Positions 1 to 11,700 of a DNA stretch of 36,195 nt are shown piece after piece. The notes under the pieces were generated by a model. It saw nothing but the letters and a program-made list of their open reading frames with translations. It did not search any database and was not told the DNA's origin. Position 1 is the first letter of the stretch, and each line of letters opens with the position of its first letter. Position numbers and translations under genes: made by a program. This DNA is from Asterionella formosa (taxonomy: Eukaryota): assembly GCA_002256025.1 (NCBI GenBank), contig NKIB01015389.1, positions 1 through 36,195 of the forward strand, given 5' to 3'.

Positions 1-466
1 TAGTCTTTGATCAAAGGAATCACAGGAACCCTTGAATACATTGCCATGTTTGTTGTCTTCTAATTCGACTCTTTTTGAATTCAAAGTGAAGTATCTAACT
101 AGAAGTAGTAGTATTTGTTGAATATATGAGCTTATTAATTAATCCTTATGTATAACTCATTTCCTGAACTGACATCAAAGTATAGAATGGGTGTTAGTCG
201 AGTTCTCTCATTATTGAATTCCGATATATTTGACATAACCCCAACTCTATATATATCTGTATCGATGTGCAGGATTGCTCACCAGGTACCAGGTACCTGG
301 TACAAACGATAGTCTTCTGCATTTCTTGAAGTCACAGACGGGCATCATCATCGACGCAGGTAATTCATTGACACAGGTTGACATCAGTTCAAACGGTAAA
401 AAGCTATCAACGCCCCTCGCCACTTCCCAGAGCAGAGCAGCAGCAAAGAAATCTCTAAGGTCAAGA

Positions 467-1761
467 ATGGACGAAGAAAAGAAATCCGAAGTTGGTTTTG
501 CTGCTCGCTTGGCCCGGCGAAACATCTTGGAGTTGAAACCCTACCGATGCGCTCGCGATGACTACCACGAAGGAGTCTTGCTCGACGCCAATGAGAATGC
601 CTTGGGACCTACCAGTGTACCCAATAACTCGATGGACCCCTACGACAACCATCTCTCTCTGGAGAGATACCCAGATCCCTACCAGCTAGCGCTCAAGAAG
701 AAGTATGCAGCTTATCGAGGAAATGGATTGACTCCTCAAAACATCTTTTGTGGTGTTGGAAGCGACGAAGCGATTGATCTATTGATCCGTATATTCTGCG
801 CGCCTGGTAGAGACAATATTTTGACGGCGCCTCCAACGTATGGAATGTACAAGGTTTGTGCCAACGTTAACGATGTGGAAATTTTGGCGTGCCCGTTGAC
901 CCCGGACTTTGATCTGAGAATTCCTGAGGTATGTTGATTATGATTTAGAGTGGGCCTGGATAGCAGCGCTCCTCCTTCTCACTCCAAATTCGTTCTCGCT
1001 TCTGGAATTGCTCTATAGATGTTGGAACTCGCCAACGATCACACTAAGTTACTCTTTATTTGCAGTCCGGGAAACCCCACCTGTAAGGCAATCCCTCTCT
1101 GTGATATCGAAAGGATCGCTTCTAGTTCCACCTATGAAGGAATTGTTATTGTTGATGAAGCCTACGTTGACTTTTCTGACAAGGGATCTGCCATTTCCTT
1201 GATTCATAAATATCCGAACATTGTTGTCTTGCAAACACTCTCTAAGGCCTTTGGTTTGGCTGGAATCCGATGTGGATTTGCTTTGGGAGCTCCAGATGTA
1301 ATTCAGTTAATGAACAATGTGAAAGCGCCATATAATGTCAATTCATTGACTAGTGAAGTCGCTATGAACGCATTTGCCAATTTGCATGTCTTGGAGAAGA
1401 ACATTGCGACCTTGTTGGAGCAGAGGGCACTCGTGAAAGAAAGACTCTTGGCACTGGACTTTGTTATCAGGGTGTATGATTCGGATTCAAACTTTTTGTT
1501 ATTTCGTGTCAAGGGTAAGGCTCAGCAACTGTACAAGGAGGTAGGTTTTTAAATTGTGATTTACGTGTGCACTAGGTAACATGCGTGGGCGAAGCTAACA
1601 TAACTTCGTTCTTACAGATGGCTGACGGGGGCGTGGTGACTCGTTATCGGGGTTCTGAGATTCATTGTGAAGAGTGTATTCGGGTGACAATAGGCAAGGC
1701 CGAGGAAAATGAAGAATTTCTGGTTAAGTTGCAGGCAATGTGGGCCAAGATTAATCCATAA
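467..1761 (+). CDS. hisC: Histidinol-phosphate aminotransferase; 3 exons (467-928, 1019-1540, 1618-1761)
   Basis: Motifs [57 protein letters not shown] (PLP lysine) and CIRVTIG. Phase-0 introns 929-1018 (GTATGT..TAG) and 1541-1617 (GTAGGT..GCTAAC..CAG) join the two track ORFs and a third exon ending WAKINP*. Confidence 0.95.
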
Positions 1762-1940
1762 CTTGTCTACGAATACTGTTGAATCCTTGAGTGATCTCCA
1801 TCTACGTCAAGCAGAGGTCTTCGGAATTAAAACAGAAATACAACGCAGCAACCCATTTGTGTAAAGCAATTCAAGACGCCATAATTACGTAGTATTCCTA
1901 ATATCGTGACTCATTTTTGGTTACTGGTGAATCACGAGAT

Positions 1941-2865
1941 CTAATTTTTTGTTGGCTCATCCACCCATCCTTCATCAATTCTTGTCTTAAGGATTTTCTG
2001 CTGAGCAGTTCTCAACTGCACTCTCTTTTGTAACCAATCTTCTTCCTTAATGGCTGAACCCAATGCCTTTTTCTTTTCCTCCAGTAAGGCTTCCAACTTT
2101 GAAATCTCTGTTTCCAAAGTGACCTTTTGAATAGATGCAGTATCCAATCTCTCTCTAGCAGATCCCAAGTCTTCTTCTACAGTCTTGGACGCTGCCTTGG
2201 CTCGTCGGCGTCGACCATTCATGAGTGTTTCCATCGATGGAGGGGTCACGGAGATCCTGTAGCTAACAAGCTTTTCGCGAAACATACTGTAGGAATTGTC
2301 GAATTCGAACTTGAGTAGGCATGGAACATTCCCCACCAGAAATTTTCCAGTGACAGGGGAAAGGTGCGAGTCAACTCTGGATTTTTCCTGTAGTATATAT
2401 GTCGAGTCGGAAACTGCGAGTTAGCGTGACAGTGGTTACCTGTAAGTGTTGGCACAGAGGTAGCTCCAAAGGATGACATGAAGTAAACTGAAAACCAATT
2501 AAACTGAGACTCACCCTGACAATAGTCACACCTTCTTCTCTTTCGGCCACCACACTGATGCTAATGTCATAGTTCTTAGTTTCAATGCTATACTCCACAA
2601 CGCTTCCGGGAGTTGTAACGTGGAGAGGAACAACCGAAGTGGCACGAAGTGCAACTGGAACCGACATTCCCACGTAGACGCTTTCCTTGACTTGATACTT
2701 TGATAGATCAGGTCCATCGACTTGAAGAAGCAAGGCATGGGGGTCAGCTGAGTTCAAGAGGGAAGGAGCGGCAGTGAAACTATCGTCAGCATTGGCAATG
2801 GCCTCTTCGACGGCTTGGGCTTCTAGATCTTCGTCGTAGACCTTCGTTTCTGCATGGGACGACAT
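1941..2865 (-). CDS. GOLD-domain protein with C-terminal coiled coil; 2 exons (2865-2515, 2387-1941)
   Basis: GSVVEYSIETKNYDISISV...GKFLV...LLKFEFDNSYSMFREKLVSY matches the GOLD pattern. Phase-0 intron 2514-2388 (GTGAGT..GCTAAC..CAG) joins ORFs 2371-2865 and 1941-2336 in frame. The C-terminus is heptad-rich. Confidence 0.8.
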
Positions 2866-2999
2866 GTCTGCAGGGAGGTGGTAGGGAGAGCCAGGGAAGT
2901 TGACAAGAATGCTGGTATGAGCAGAAAGTCGCTTGAGAATGAATCAACAATGCGATGGAGATGGAAGATTTATGGAAGTATTGACATGGAGGTGTTACA

Positions 3000-3910
3000 T
3001 ATAAAATATACCGGTAGTCAGTCTACCAGGTACCATACCGTACTCCACCAGGTTTGTAGAGCAACTCTACCTACCGGTATCCTGGTAGGCCTATGTATCG
3101 GTAGTCGGTCGATACATACTGATAGTAGATCCTAGATTCATACAATATAGTACATCACCAGAGTACCTGGTATCTGGTACCTTGTACCGGTACCGGTATT
3201 AGACCAATGGAACGTTGCTTTACCGGTATGGTACCAGGTACCAGGGGTAGTATTGTTATACCGGTACATATATTGATTAAAAATTCGTCCAAAGGTGCTT
3301 TCGAGGTCCCAGTTCACTACATATTAGCTACAGTACCAGATACCAGGTCTACCCTGCACAAAACAGTACATTGTTTCTGTATTAACCAGGTACCCCTGGT
3401 AGTGCATACCGGTAGGGGAAAACTCCATACCGGTACGTCTGTATCGTGCACAGACCTCGCTGAGAGGTACAAAACGGTTTGTAATGTATCGGTACAGGAA
3501 ACTCCGTTGTTCCTCGCTACTTACTAGTATAGTAAGTACTGTACGTTGAAAGTTGCTCATGTGTATGTATCGTGCACAGACCTCGTTTGTAGTCTGCTTC
3601 CAAAAATCTTTAGAAACTCTACCGGTACGTACTACGATATGTAGGCAGTCAGTCGCTCGTCGTCCTTCCGCAAAGTAAACAGGCGTACGTAATAATAATT
3701 TTTGGCCACTGCAGTACCGGGACTCCAGTGACTGAATACTGATATTCTATCATTACCGGTATACGACGGCGTACTTCTCCTATTAGCGTACCAGGTACTA
3801 TCGTATTGCAAATGCGATGCTGCAGGGGTATTAAAAATCTGCATGGATCCATTCGGCTCCAGCGGGGTACCAAGTACCCTGGTAGTAAAGGACCGTGAGG
3901 GTACCACGGA
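3000..3910. repeat. GTAC/GGTACC/TACCGGTA palindrome-rich island (largest of about 10 in the window)
   Basis: Dense short palindromes (taccggta, ggtacc, caggtacctg). The overlapping ORFs are low-complexity (VPGT/YQV). Confidence 0.75.
3440..3585 (+). repeat. 20-bp direct repeat TGTATCGTGCACAGACCTCG (3440-3459, 3566-3585)
   Basis: Two exact copies read directly from the sequence. Confidence 0.85.
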
Positions 3911-4670
3911 GAGCTATGTAATCCCCAAGGAAGGTCCGTTAATTAATCGAGATAATTAACTATTTCTATTTCATAGTAAAACCGTGTTTTACCGGACCTT
4001 CCACAGAAGCAAGCAATGGACCACCTTGCCCTTTACGGAACAGGCCTCCGGGCAAAGTAATCTACCGGTAGGTACTTGCTTCCAGAAAAAATAAAATTTC
4101 TGAAATAAAAGGCTATTAGCTAGTTCACAATCAAACTGTTTCATTTCGCCCATCATAAAATGTAAATATTTGCGTGCATTGGCTATAGCTTAAAACTAAT
4201 TGGCCAAAGATAGCATAATCCCCAAAAAAATCTTAAAAGAAGTAGGTACCGTTAGCACTACTTGCTACTATGTGTGTGTATACCTTACAACTATATAGAT
4301 ATATGTAGGAAGATACTCATCAAATTAAGGTCAATTTTTAAAGTAATGTCATCGTTCAAATTATTTACAGCAATGTAGAAAAAATACGCAAGAATGGCCC
4401 AGGTCACAAATTGCAGTGCGCATGGCGATCAGCATCTTCGTCAAGGATTGTTGCAACCATAAATTCTTGGCTTTCGTCCGAGCAGCAGATCTCATTCATA
4501 ATATCGATAGGCCACCCCCAAGATAGTTAGTTGACAGTATAGGGAACAGTCTAAGGATGAATGGATGGAAAAGCGACTGTCTCCTGGTGACATCACTCTA
4601 GCTCGTGATGATGATGGCGACAGAACTCAGTCAGATCTTGAAGAATCAGGCTTCAGTTAAAGCAACACTC

Positions 4671-6725
4671 TCATTCCATGCCATCCAGTAAAGTCCCGAA
4701 TTTGCTTTTCTTGTTCCTCTTAGCAAGAGCGCGTAGGTTTTGTTCGTACGAATCATCACGATCAAGGAATCTTGAGTAGGATCCTTCATCCTGTGTCACA
4801 TCAGCTCGAAGGCCACTATAAAATTCAACTTCTCGTTTCCATCGATCAGATGCTTTGCTGTCACCCGCCTCGCGAGATTCTTCAGCTAGTTCCAAGGCCT
4901 GTTGACGACGACTCTTTTCGGATTCCAAATTACGGACTTCATCCAAGTCACCTCGCATCTTAGCATCTCGAATGAAAAATTGGCGGCGTATCGACTCATC
5001 AATAAGCGGTAACAGCAGCCTGTCTAGTTGATTGATACCTCCAAGGTTAGCATCGGATTCTCTCAATAAGCGAGGTCGTGGAAGCTTGCCGTTGAAATTA
5101 CTCAATGATAGCAACGTGAGCGCTTTAGCAGAATTGTCGAGATTATCGTACTGATCTAAGGACTGAATGGGATTCTCTGTTGGAAAGAGTGACGAAGATC
5201 GCTGGTTTTGAGATGAAGGGGGCTCGAACAAGGAATCGAAGAGAGACGTTGTGGTTCGTGGAATTCGAATAGCAGAAACTTGCTCGGTTACCGATTCGTT
5301 TTGCGCTTGTCCTTCCACAAGAAAAGAAAGTTCCCTATCTCGTGGTTCCCAAGGGGCTAATGCGTCCAAGAGATATTCGCTGGGATCTGTCGTTACCGGC
5401 ATTACAACGAGCTTGGCACGATCCCAAATCTCGCTTTCTACTTGAATCGACGTCTTACTTGCCAGAGCCATACCAATGGCTTCATCCATGAAACATTCGA
5501 CTAGACATATTTCGCCACCTTTGACTAAGTTGCCATAGTCTTCGTTTTCGTCGTCGACGGCAATGGATTCTCCGCCAATGGATAGTATTTTTTTCGGCGA
5601 CTTTCTCTGCAAAATGACAGCGCCACCAACTGCTAAAGTCCCACCAAGCAGACTTGAATTTTCCAAAACGCATCCAATCACTTGAGCTTGCAACTGAGTT
5701 TCGATGATTTCTTTCATTAAATCAAAGGGCGAAGTGTAAGGCAATATAGCGGAGTCCAGGTCATCCTTGGAATCCAAAAGTGGAGCATATCCAGTGGCTC
5801 CTCGATATGGAGCTGCATTTACACCATCTCTAGTCGTTCCTCTTGCAATCTGTTCCAAAATGGAGAAGATTCCTGATTGGGATTGCGAGGATACCTGGAT
5901 TTCCTTGAGTTGCTGTTCCAGAGCTTTTCTATCGCCTTCCAATACGACCATCTCGTCTTCGCACATCTGCTGCTTCGCAATTGCGAGTTCGTAATCACAT
6001 TCAGCCAGCTCCATCTTTAATTCCTTGACTCGAAGCTCGAGAATCCTCGTCGCCAAGTCAATGGTGCCTTTTTCACTTTCACCAGTACTCAACATGAATT
6101 TGGCTCGCATTGCTAAATTTCCGATACTGAAACTTCGACCTTTCCAATCTTTCCCCATCATCACATTGTACGCATCCCTCTTCCCCATGTGAAACTTCTT
6201 GTCAATAAAATTAGATGCAGCATCTCTGTTCCTTTTCATGGGATCTACCGTCCACGAGTCCCAAGGCAAATTATCAAAGAGACCGTCGTCACGATTGACG
6301 AGCAAAGAATTAATTCCCAACAAGACGGACTTGGTAAGTGGAGCATCCCGGACGGCAAACGAAAGGAGCTTGAGATTATTCTTGGTGATTGGGAGACATA
6401 GTCCATCTCGTGGTGAGTCGTGTCCAGGAATATTGCTTAGGACAAGACATGGAGTAGTAGTGTTTCTTGAGGTAGCAAGTTCTGTCTGTCCTACGAGATG
6501 GATTTGCAGCAGCGACGATGTCGAATTAACGACAGCTTGTACTACCGCTTGACGATCCTTTCCCTGTCTAAAGCTCTGTAGGTCTTCTAGCGACCAGTCA
6601 TCAAAGGACGATGCTACATGAGATGTGCGCAACAGCACAAGGCTGGATGTCCTTGGAACGAGAAAGGCAACCGTTGATTGCGCGGCTAGGCACAGCAGCA
6701 ACCATGAAATGGACAGCAGCATCAT
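4671..6725 (-). CDS. Plastid-targeted uncharacterised protein, possibly a divergent bifunctional-nuclease (DUF151)-like protein
   Basis: 684-aa intronless ORF. Signal peptide ends TVA-FL (ASAF-like) and is followed by a Ser/Arg-rich transit peptide. Segments SPFDLMKEIIE and ECFMDEAIGMALASKTSIQVESEIW resemble DUF151 motifs (by eye). Confidence 0.75.
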   Translation of the reverse strand: MMLLSISWLLLCLAAQSTVAFLVPRTSSLVLLRTSHVASSFDDWSLEDLQSFRQGKDRQAVVQAVVNSTSSLLQIHLVGQTELATSRNTTTPCLVLSNIPGHDSPRDGLCLPITKNNLKLLSFAVRDAPLTKSVLLGINSLLVNRDDGLFDNLPWDSWTVDPMKRNRDAASNFIDKKFHMGKRDAYNVMMGKDWKGRSFSIGNLAMRAKFMLSTGESEKGTIDLATRILELRVKELKMELAECDYELAIAKQQMCEDEMVVLEGDRKALEQQLKEIQVSSQSQSGIFSILEQIARGTTRDGVNAAPYRGATGYAPLLDSKDDLDSAILPYTSPFDLMKEIIETQLQAQVIGCVLENSSLLGGTLAVGGAVILQRKSPKKILSIGGESIAVDDENEDYGNLVKGGEICLVECFMDEAIGMALASKTSIQVESEIWDRAKLVVMPVTTDPSEYLLDALAPWEPRDRELSFLVEGQAQNESVTEQVSAIRIPRTTTSLFDSLFEPPSSQNQRSSSLFPTENPIQSLDQYDNLDNSAKALTLLSLSNFNGKLPRPRLLRESDANLGGINQLDRLLLPLIDESIRRQFFIRDAKMRGDLDEVRNLESEKSRRQQALELAEESREAGDSKASDRWKREVEFYSGLRADVTQDEGSYSRFLDRDDSYEQNLRALAKRNKKSKFGTLLDGME

Positions 6726-7544
6726 GTGCCGACTTGGGTATGTTTTCCGGGTGCAGGTGAGAGAGAGAGCTAGAGCAAAGCCAAAGGAAGGAGCTCACAG
6801 AAGGATAGTAAAATTTGTAACCTTCCTTTTTTAGTTCGAGACGTCTTTTACGCTCACACCACAGTTGTTTAAAGTTTGTTCTTTCAAAACAGGAGCAGGA
6901 CGATTTTCACTACCGTATTGTACTGGTAGCTACATACCGGTACATACATAAAATACATACCGGTCATCCTACATATGTAATAATACGGTACCTGGTACCA
7001 GGTATAGACTATTCTTTCGTGCGTGCTAAAGTATATACCGGTATATCCCTGGCATGTATGCATGTCAAACCTGTGCATCTTTTATGCATTTTTTCGGTGC
7101 CGTATATGTGTATAGCAGGTATACTTACTACCTGGTACCTGGTACCAGGTAGTCTTACCTTCATCATACACAGCTGTATCTTGTATGTACAGTAGACTAA
7201 AGACCAGGGACAGGAAGCTTCCATAATGACGCGCATCAGCCATGTGCCCATTACCAGCCTGCAGCCACCACCAGCATGCGCTACATGATGAGCGCCGTCA
7301 AACGTAGAACCATTCTTCGTGCTTGCTTGGCAGTGATGCTTGCTGGCTGTGTAGTTATTGCTCCTCTGCCTGCGACATAAGATTACTACTGTCGTACCGG
7401 TAGCTACCAGTATTTTAGGCAGAGGATACCGGTATATGATAAAATAATATTTTATTGTCTTGTTAAATGGTTGACCATCACTCGCCTGTTCTCTCGTCGG
7501 GCGAATTTAAAACCGAATAACAGCAGTGCTGCACATCTAGGATC

Positions 7545-8595
7545 ATGTTTCGCGGAGGACGCAACGATGGCCTTCCAATCGCATCGTACTCCAATAAGAG
7601 CAAGGTTGATGGCAGTGGCAGATCTATCCGAATGGAAGCACCTTTGGCTCGTTCGATCCGCCTGGCTAGCTGGCAAACCAAGGGTGCTTTCATTACTATT
7701 GCGTTTTCAATTCTATCTATTTATTGGGGATTTTGTCACTTGAGACATAGCAGTGGTGAGTATCACTACACGTACTGGATACTAGCTGCACGCGCACTTT
7801 GCAAACTATGTTAGCGTCTCTGATTCTCACAGAAAGGACTGGTATCAAAACTCGTCCATGCCTGCGTTGCCCACCACAGCGTCGATCTCGTTGACTTGCC
7901 ATGCAGAGGAATGCGAATTGCAGATCTGCCCGCCCTCGAGTAGAAAAAAGCACCTCTTCACTTTCGGTAGAGATCAAGTGGTCAAATCACAAGCTATCAA
8001 GGTGACTAGCAGTGGGGACTTTGTCAGACTCGATACTGGAGCGACTCACCGTCCGTACAAGAAAGGGAAGAAGTACGCAGGTGCTGCTGGTTCGAGCAAG
8101 GGACCGGATGAGAATGGGCACTATGACGATTACACCTTGGTACTTCGACCTCCAAACGACGACAAAAAGCCGGACCCAAACGACGAGGAAGCGGAGTGGT
8201 TTGAAAAGGAATTGACAGAGTTGGCGCCATTTACATATCGAGAAGAGGCGTCTGGGAACTATGTATTGCATATGCGAAAGTTCAACTTAGGTCAGTCGAT
8301 GCGACGCTCGCGTACTTTGGTGACAAGGCTGGAGTCGTACATTAATAAGCGACGACACAAACTAGTAATGAAAGAAAATGCAGCTCTGAGCTGGAAGGGG
8401 ATGTTGGCGTTGGTACTTGGACTCTTTGCCCTCTTGATTGGTATCCTGGTTTGGCAATTTGCAGAGGATGAAAAGGCACATAAATCTGCCGCAAGGAAAA
8501 GTCACAAGACATCAAAGCCATCACGGAACCAAGCTAATAAGGGTCCTGTTCCCAATTATGCATCCCAAGCACCTCCAACAAGAAAGGCATACTGA
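7545..8595 (+). CDS. Uncharacterised two-transmembrane protein; 2 exons (7545-7755, 7880-8595)
   Basis: Phase-1 intron 7756-7879 (GTGAGT..CACAG) joins ORFs 7545 and 7858 in frame. Hydrophobic segments GAFITIAFSILSIYWGF and GMLALVLGLFALLIGILVW. Confidence 0.75.
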
Positions 8596-9154
8596 GCAAG
8601 GTGGTGTATTTAAAAGTCACTTTGTTTCGATTCAGTTCCATTTCCAGGATTTTGCGAACATGCTTGCTTCAAGTCTAGACAATACTTGTTGGTGGGTTTA
8701 CTGCACTGGAGTAGAGTTGTAACAGTATGTAAGATGGATAGTAACGCACTACTTTTGCTTTTGTAGACTATCAGGTACCAGGAACTACCGGTACCGATAC
8801 TCGTATGTACAACCTGTAGTGCCCGTCGGTACGCATGTTCCTGCTACGGGGGGTACTAACTGGTACGGAGTACCAGTACCAGGTACCTGGTACCATTTTA
8901 CTATGTTACCAGGTACTGCTACCGGTTGTACCAGGGTACCAGGTACCGATATACAACCGGTGGTGCAATGATCAAGGCGTATACTGGAATGTACGTACCG
9001 TGTACATTTACGAACACCAACCACATGGTGTTTGTTGATCGCATCGCAGGGAGTATTGTGAACATCATCAACCCCCCGCCAGGCAGGCAGCAGTAGACCT
9101 AGACTATAGTTGTAAACAGACTATGGCATTTGTGTTTCAACCCAGATACTAATC

Positions 9155-9868
9155 ATGTCCATCGAGGGAATCTTTCTCGCGTCCGAGGCGTCAATGCCGA
9201 TGCAATCAATCCAAGAAGGAACACTCGTTGCTGGACGAGGACTCGACGGAGACCGCTATCACAATTGCGTTGGCACCTATTCCCACATCCGCGTATCCAA
9301 GCGCCAACCTGGCGCGAGGGAACCTGGAAGGCAGCTTACCATGATGAGTGCCGATTCAGTGGAAGCTGCCTTTGCGAAGAATAATCTAGTCAAGCCACAG
9401 AGTTTGGGCAGTCTTCGGAGGAACATTGTTGTCCGGGGTTTATCATCCAACGAGCTGCTCGCCGCGATCGGTCACACTGTGAAGTTAGGCACAGTGTGTC
9501 GAGTCCGCGTGCATCGACACTGTGTTCCTTGCATGTATAACGAACGCAAAAATGGTATACCAGGTATGATGGAATCTATTTGGAACGAGGCGGGCGTCTC
9601 TTGTGAAGTTCTCGAGGGGGGACCTATTCTTGTTGGGGACACCATTGAAATTCTAGAGAATGAAATGAGCGATGTTGATGGTGGAGATCAGCCCCCAGGG
9701 TTTTACATTCCGCCTTCAAAGCGAACAACTGAAATGGTCATGGGAGCAATGAAAATGTCGAGAGAAATGCGATTGAAATTGGTTGAGATTGATCCCGTAG
9801 GAGTCGACCGAGCAGAGGCTTCATACTCAAGCGTTGGTCTGACATTTTGGCCACGAGAACATAAATGA
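9155..9868 (+). CDS. MOSC-domain protein (YiiM-like, putative Moco-binding)
   Basis: GLDGDRY, RQLTMM, LRRNIVVRGL, CVPC (conserved Cys) and GVSCEVLEGGPILVGDTI. Confidence 0.85.
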   Translation: MSIEGIFLASEASMPMQSIQEGTLVAGRGLDGDRYHNCVGTYSHIRVSKRQPGAREPGRQLTMMSADSVEAAFAKNNLVKPQSLGSLRRNIVVRGLSSNELLAAIGHTVKLGTVCRVRVHRHCVPCMYNERKNGIPGMMESIWNEAGVSCEVLEGGPILVGDTIEILENEMSDVDGGDQPPGFYIPPSKRTTEMVMGAMKMSREMRLKLVEIDPVGVDRAEASYSSVGLTFWPREHK

Positions 9869-10376
9869 AGAGATTCCTCTTGAAATCTATTCCGGTGCCA
9901 ACGCTGGAATAGGAGTGGATTTGGGCCAATACCAAGAACACCTTCATATTGGATCTCGCTTTGACGCGATGTCGACCGTACAGTTTTCTACATAGTACCT
10001 TGTACTAGGTACCACCAGTACCGGCATTCAAGTCACGTCGTGCATTTTACCCCGTATATCAATATTCCTACGGGATATCAAATGTTAATTATATACCGGG
10101 TATTCATTAAATTTGTATAGGTAAAAGTACCGCTGAACAACGTTTCTTTTGTCATCCTCATAGCATGAACTATGAAGAAAGATTCGTTCGTGTTCCTTCC
10201 CCTCTCTCTACCGATTCCTGGTACCTGGTACTTCATTTCTCATGCCTGCACATAAATTATGTGAGGGGGTTGCATAATGCACTGTGTATATGGGTGCATG
10301 TGTTGTATTTCCGAAGTAACATCCCGGTGTAATTGCTTCACCATTCCTCGGTATCCTTGTTTGTGAAGATTTCATA

Positions 10377-11390
10377 ATGTTCACCGAATCACTTACCGCC
10401 GGTATCCCCCTTCCGCCGATGGACACGGCTCCGATGAGAAAATCCGAGGTATCATCTGGTCCATTGGCTGTTGCCAAATTTATTATTCGGAAATTCTCTT
10501 GTGCTGAGCCTCGGCCTTCACCTGGGCCATCCAAGACACAGCACATTCGATTGGTTACCATCAAGGCTTCACACTTTTGTGAGAAGGTGCGATGGGTTCT
10601 GGATATGTTGGAGGCTGATGAAACGTCTCCAGTATATTTTACTGAGGATGCACACCCGCCTGCTTTTGTAGCATTCGAGACGGTGGCGCTTTCTGGTGAT
10701 ACCACGTCCCAGACGCCTATGATAGTGTATCAGAATGATAAGGGTGAAGTTATTGTCAAGACAAAAAGTGAGGAGATTCTCAGGGAATTTTTGCCGTCGC
10801 TGTATCCCAAAGAAATTGAAAACGAGATTCGCGCCATGGAGGTTGATTTAGGAGTTAGACTCGGCGCAGCTTTACGTTGCTTTTGCTATCACCACCTTAT
10901 TGATCTTCCCAGGTATCATAAGGTACTTGTCAAAGTCTCCGCAGGATCCACATCGTGGATTGAAGAGACGTTGTTTGACAAGATGCTAGACAAAGGAATT
11001 GATGCAGGTATGCGCAAGGCCATGGTAATCAATGAAGAAACAGCAAAGACAAGCGAAATCATCTTGCGAATGGTTTTTTCAGAATTATCTCAGCTCTTGG
11101 AAGGAAAAGATTATCTTATGGATATTCCATCGAAATCCTTTGGCTTCACTGCAGCAGATTTGACACTTGCTGCCCTTGCATACCCATTGCTTCGTCCACC
11201 AGAAATGGACAGCTTTTTAGCCAATATGGAAGAGCTACCACCGCAGCTCAATGAAATGACAACAGAGTTATTGGCCACCAAGGCCGGAGGGCATATATTG
11301 AAGATATATAGTTGCCATCGTGGTAATATTGTCTCATTAAAGAAAGGAAGACGAAATAAGTCTATATTTGAAGTTTGTTTCAGTTGGTAA
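10377..11390 (+). CDS. Glutathione S-transferase family protein
   Basis: N-terminal SHFCEKVRWVLD, QTP and SEEIL. C-terminal YLM...FTAADLTLAALAYPLL. Confidence 0.85.
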   Translation: MFTESLTAGIPLPPMDTAPMRKSEVSSGPLAVAKFIIRKFSCAEPRPSPGPSKTQHIRLVTIKASHFCEKVRWVLDMLEADETSPVYFTEDAHPPAFVAFETVALSGDTTSQTPMIVYQNDKGEVIVKTKSEEILREFLPSLYPKEIENEIRAMEVDLGVRLGAALRCFCYHHLIDLPRYHKVLVKVSAGSTSWIEETLFDKMLDKGIDAGMRKAMVINEETAKTSEIILRMVFSELSQLLEGKDYLMDIPSKSFGFTAADLTLAALAYPLLRPPEMDSFLANMEELPPQLNEMTTELLATKAGGHILKIYSCHRGNIVSLKKGRRNKSIFEVCFSW

Positions 11391-11700
11391 ACAAATGATA
11401 AGATGATTCAATATCAAGAAGCACCAAAGCGATCTGAGTGCTTAACATATTGTGTGCCAAACTATACAATGGCAATGTTAAGATTCAGTTTGAGCTAATA
11501 TCTTGTCTGTCCATCAGTGGAAAAGATCTGATTTCCAGCCAAACTTGGTGGCAAAAAGTAGCCACTGTAATTTATCAAATAGTAAATTAATCATTTTTAT
11601 AGCACATTCTTACTATTCTATTTCTAGAGTTGCAGTCTTTGACTTCTATGGCCCATATAAGGTGGGGCAGTGGAATTTCTGAAGTGGTGATCAGTTCCTT

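Noticed and set aside
275..466. N-terminal extension of the hisC ORF
   Set aside because: It starts at a non-ATG codon and runs through a GTAC island. The ATG at 467 fits the family start.
2854..3907. Short ORFs rich in VPGT/YQV (also 8785-9038, 13110-13448, 26097-26663, 30208-30863)
   Set aside because: By-products of GTAC palindrome islands, with no protein-like features.
3000..3910. Possible CRISPR-like or regular repeat array
   Set aside because: No constant repeat-spacer periodicity, eukaryotic context, and no cas genes.
4772..6834. Antisense and alternate-frame ORFs within long genes (also within the anoctamin and pol regions)
   Set aside because: Shadow ORFs of real coding sequence, with no independent motifs.
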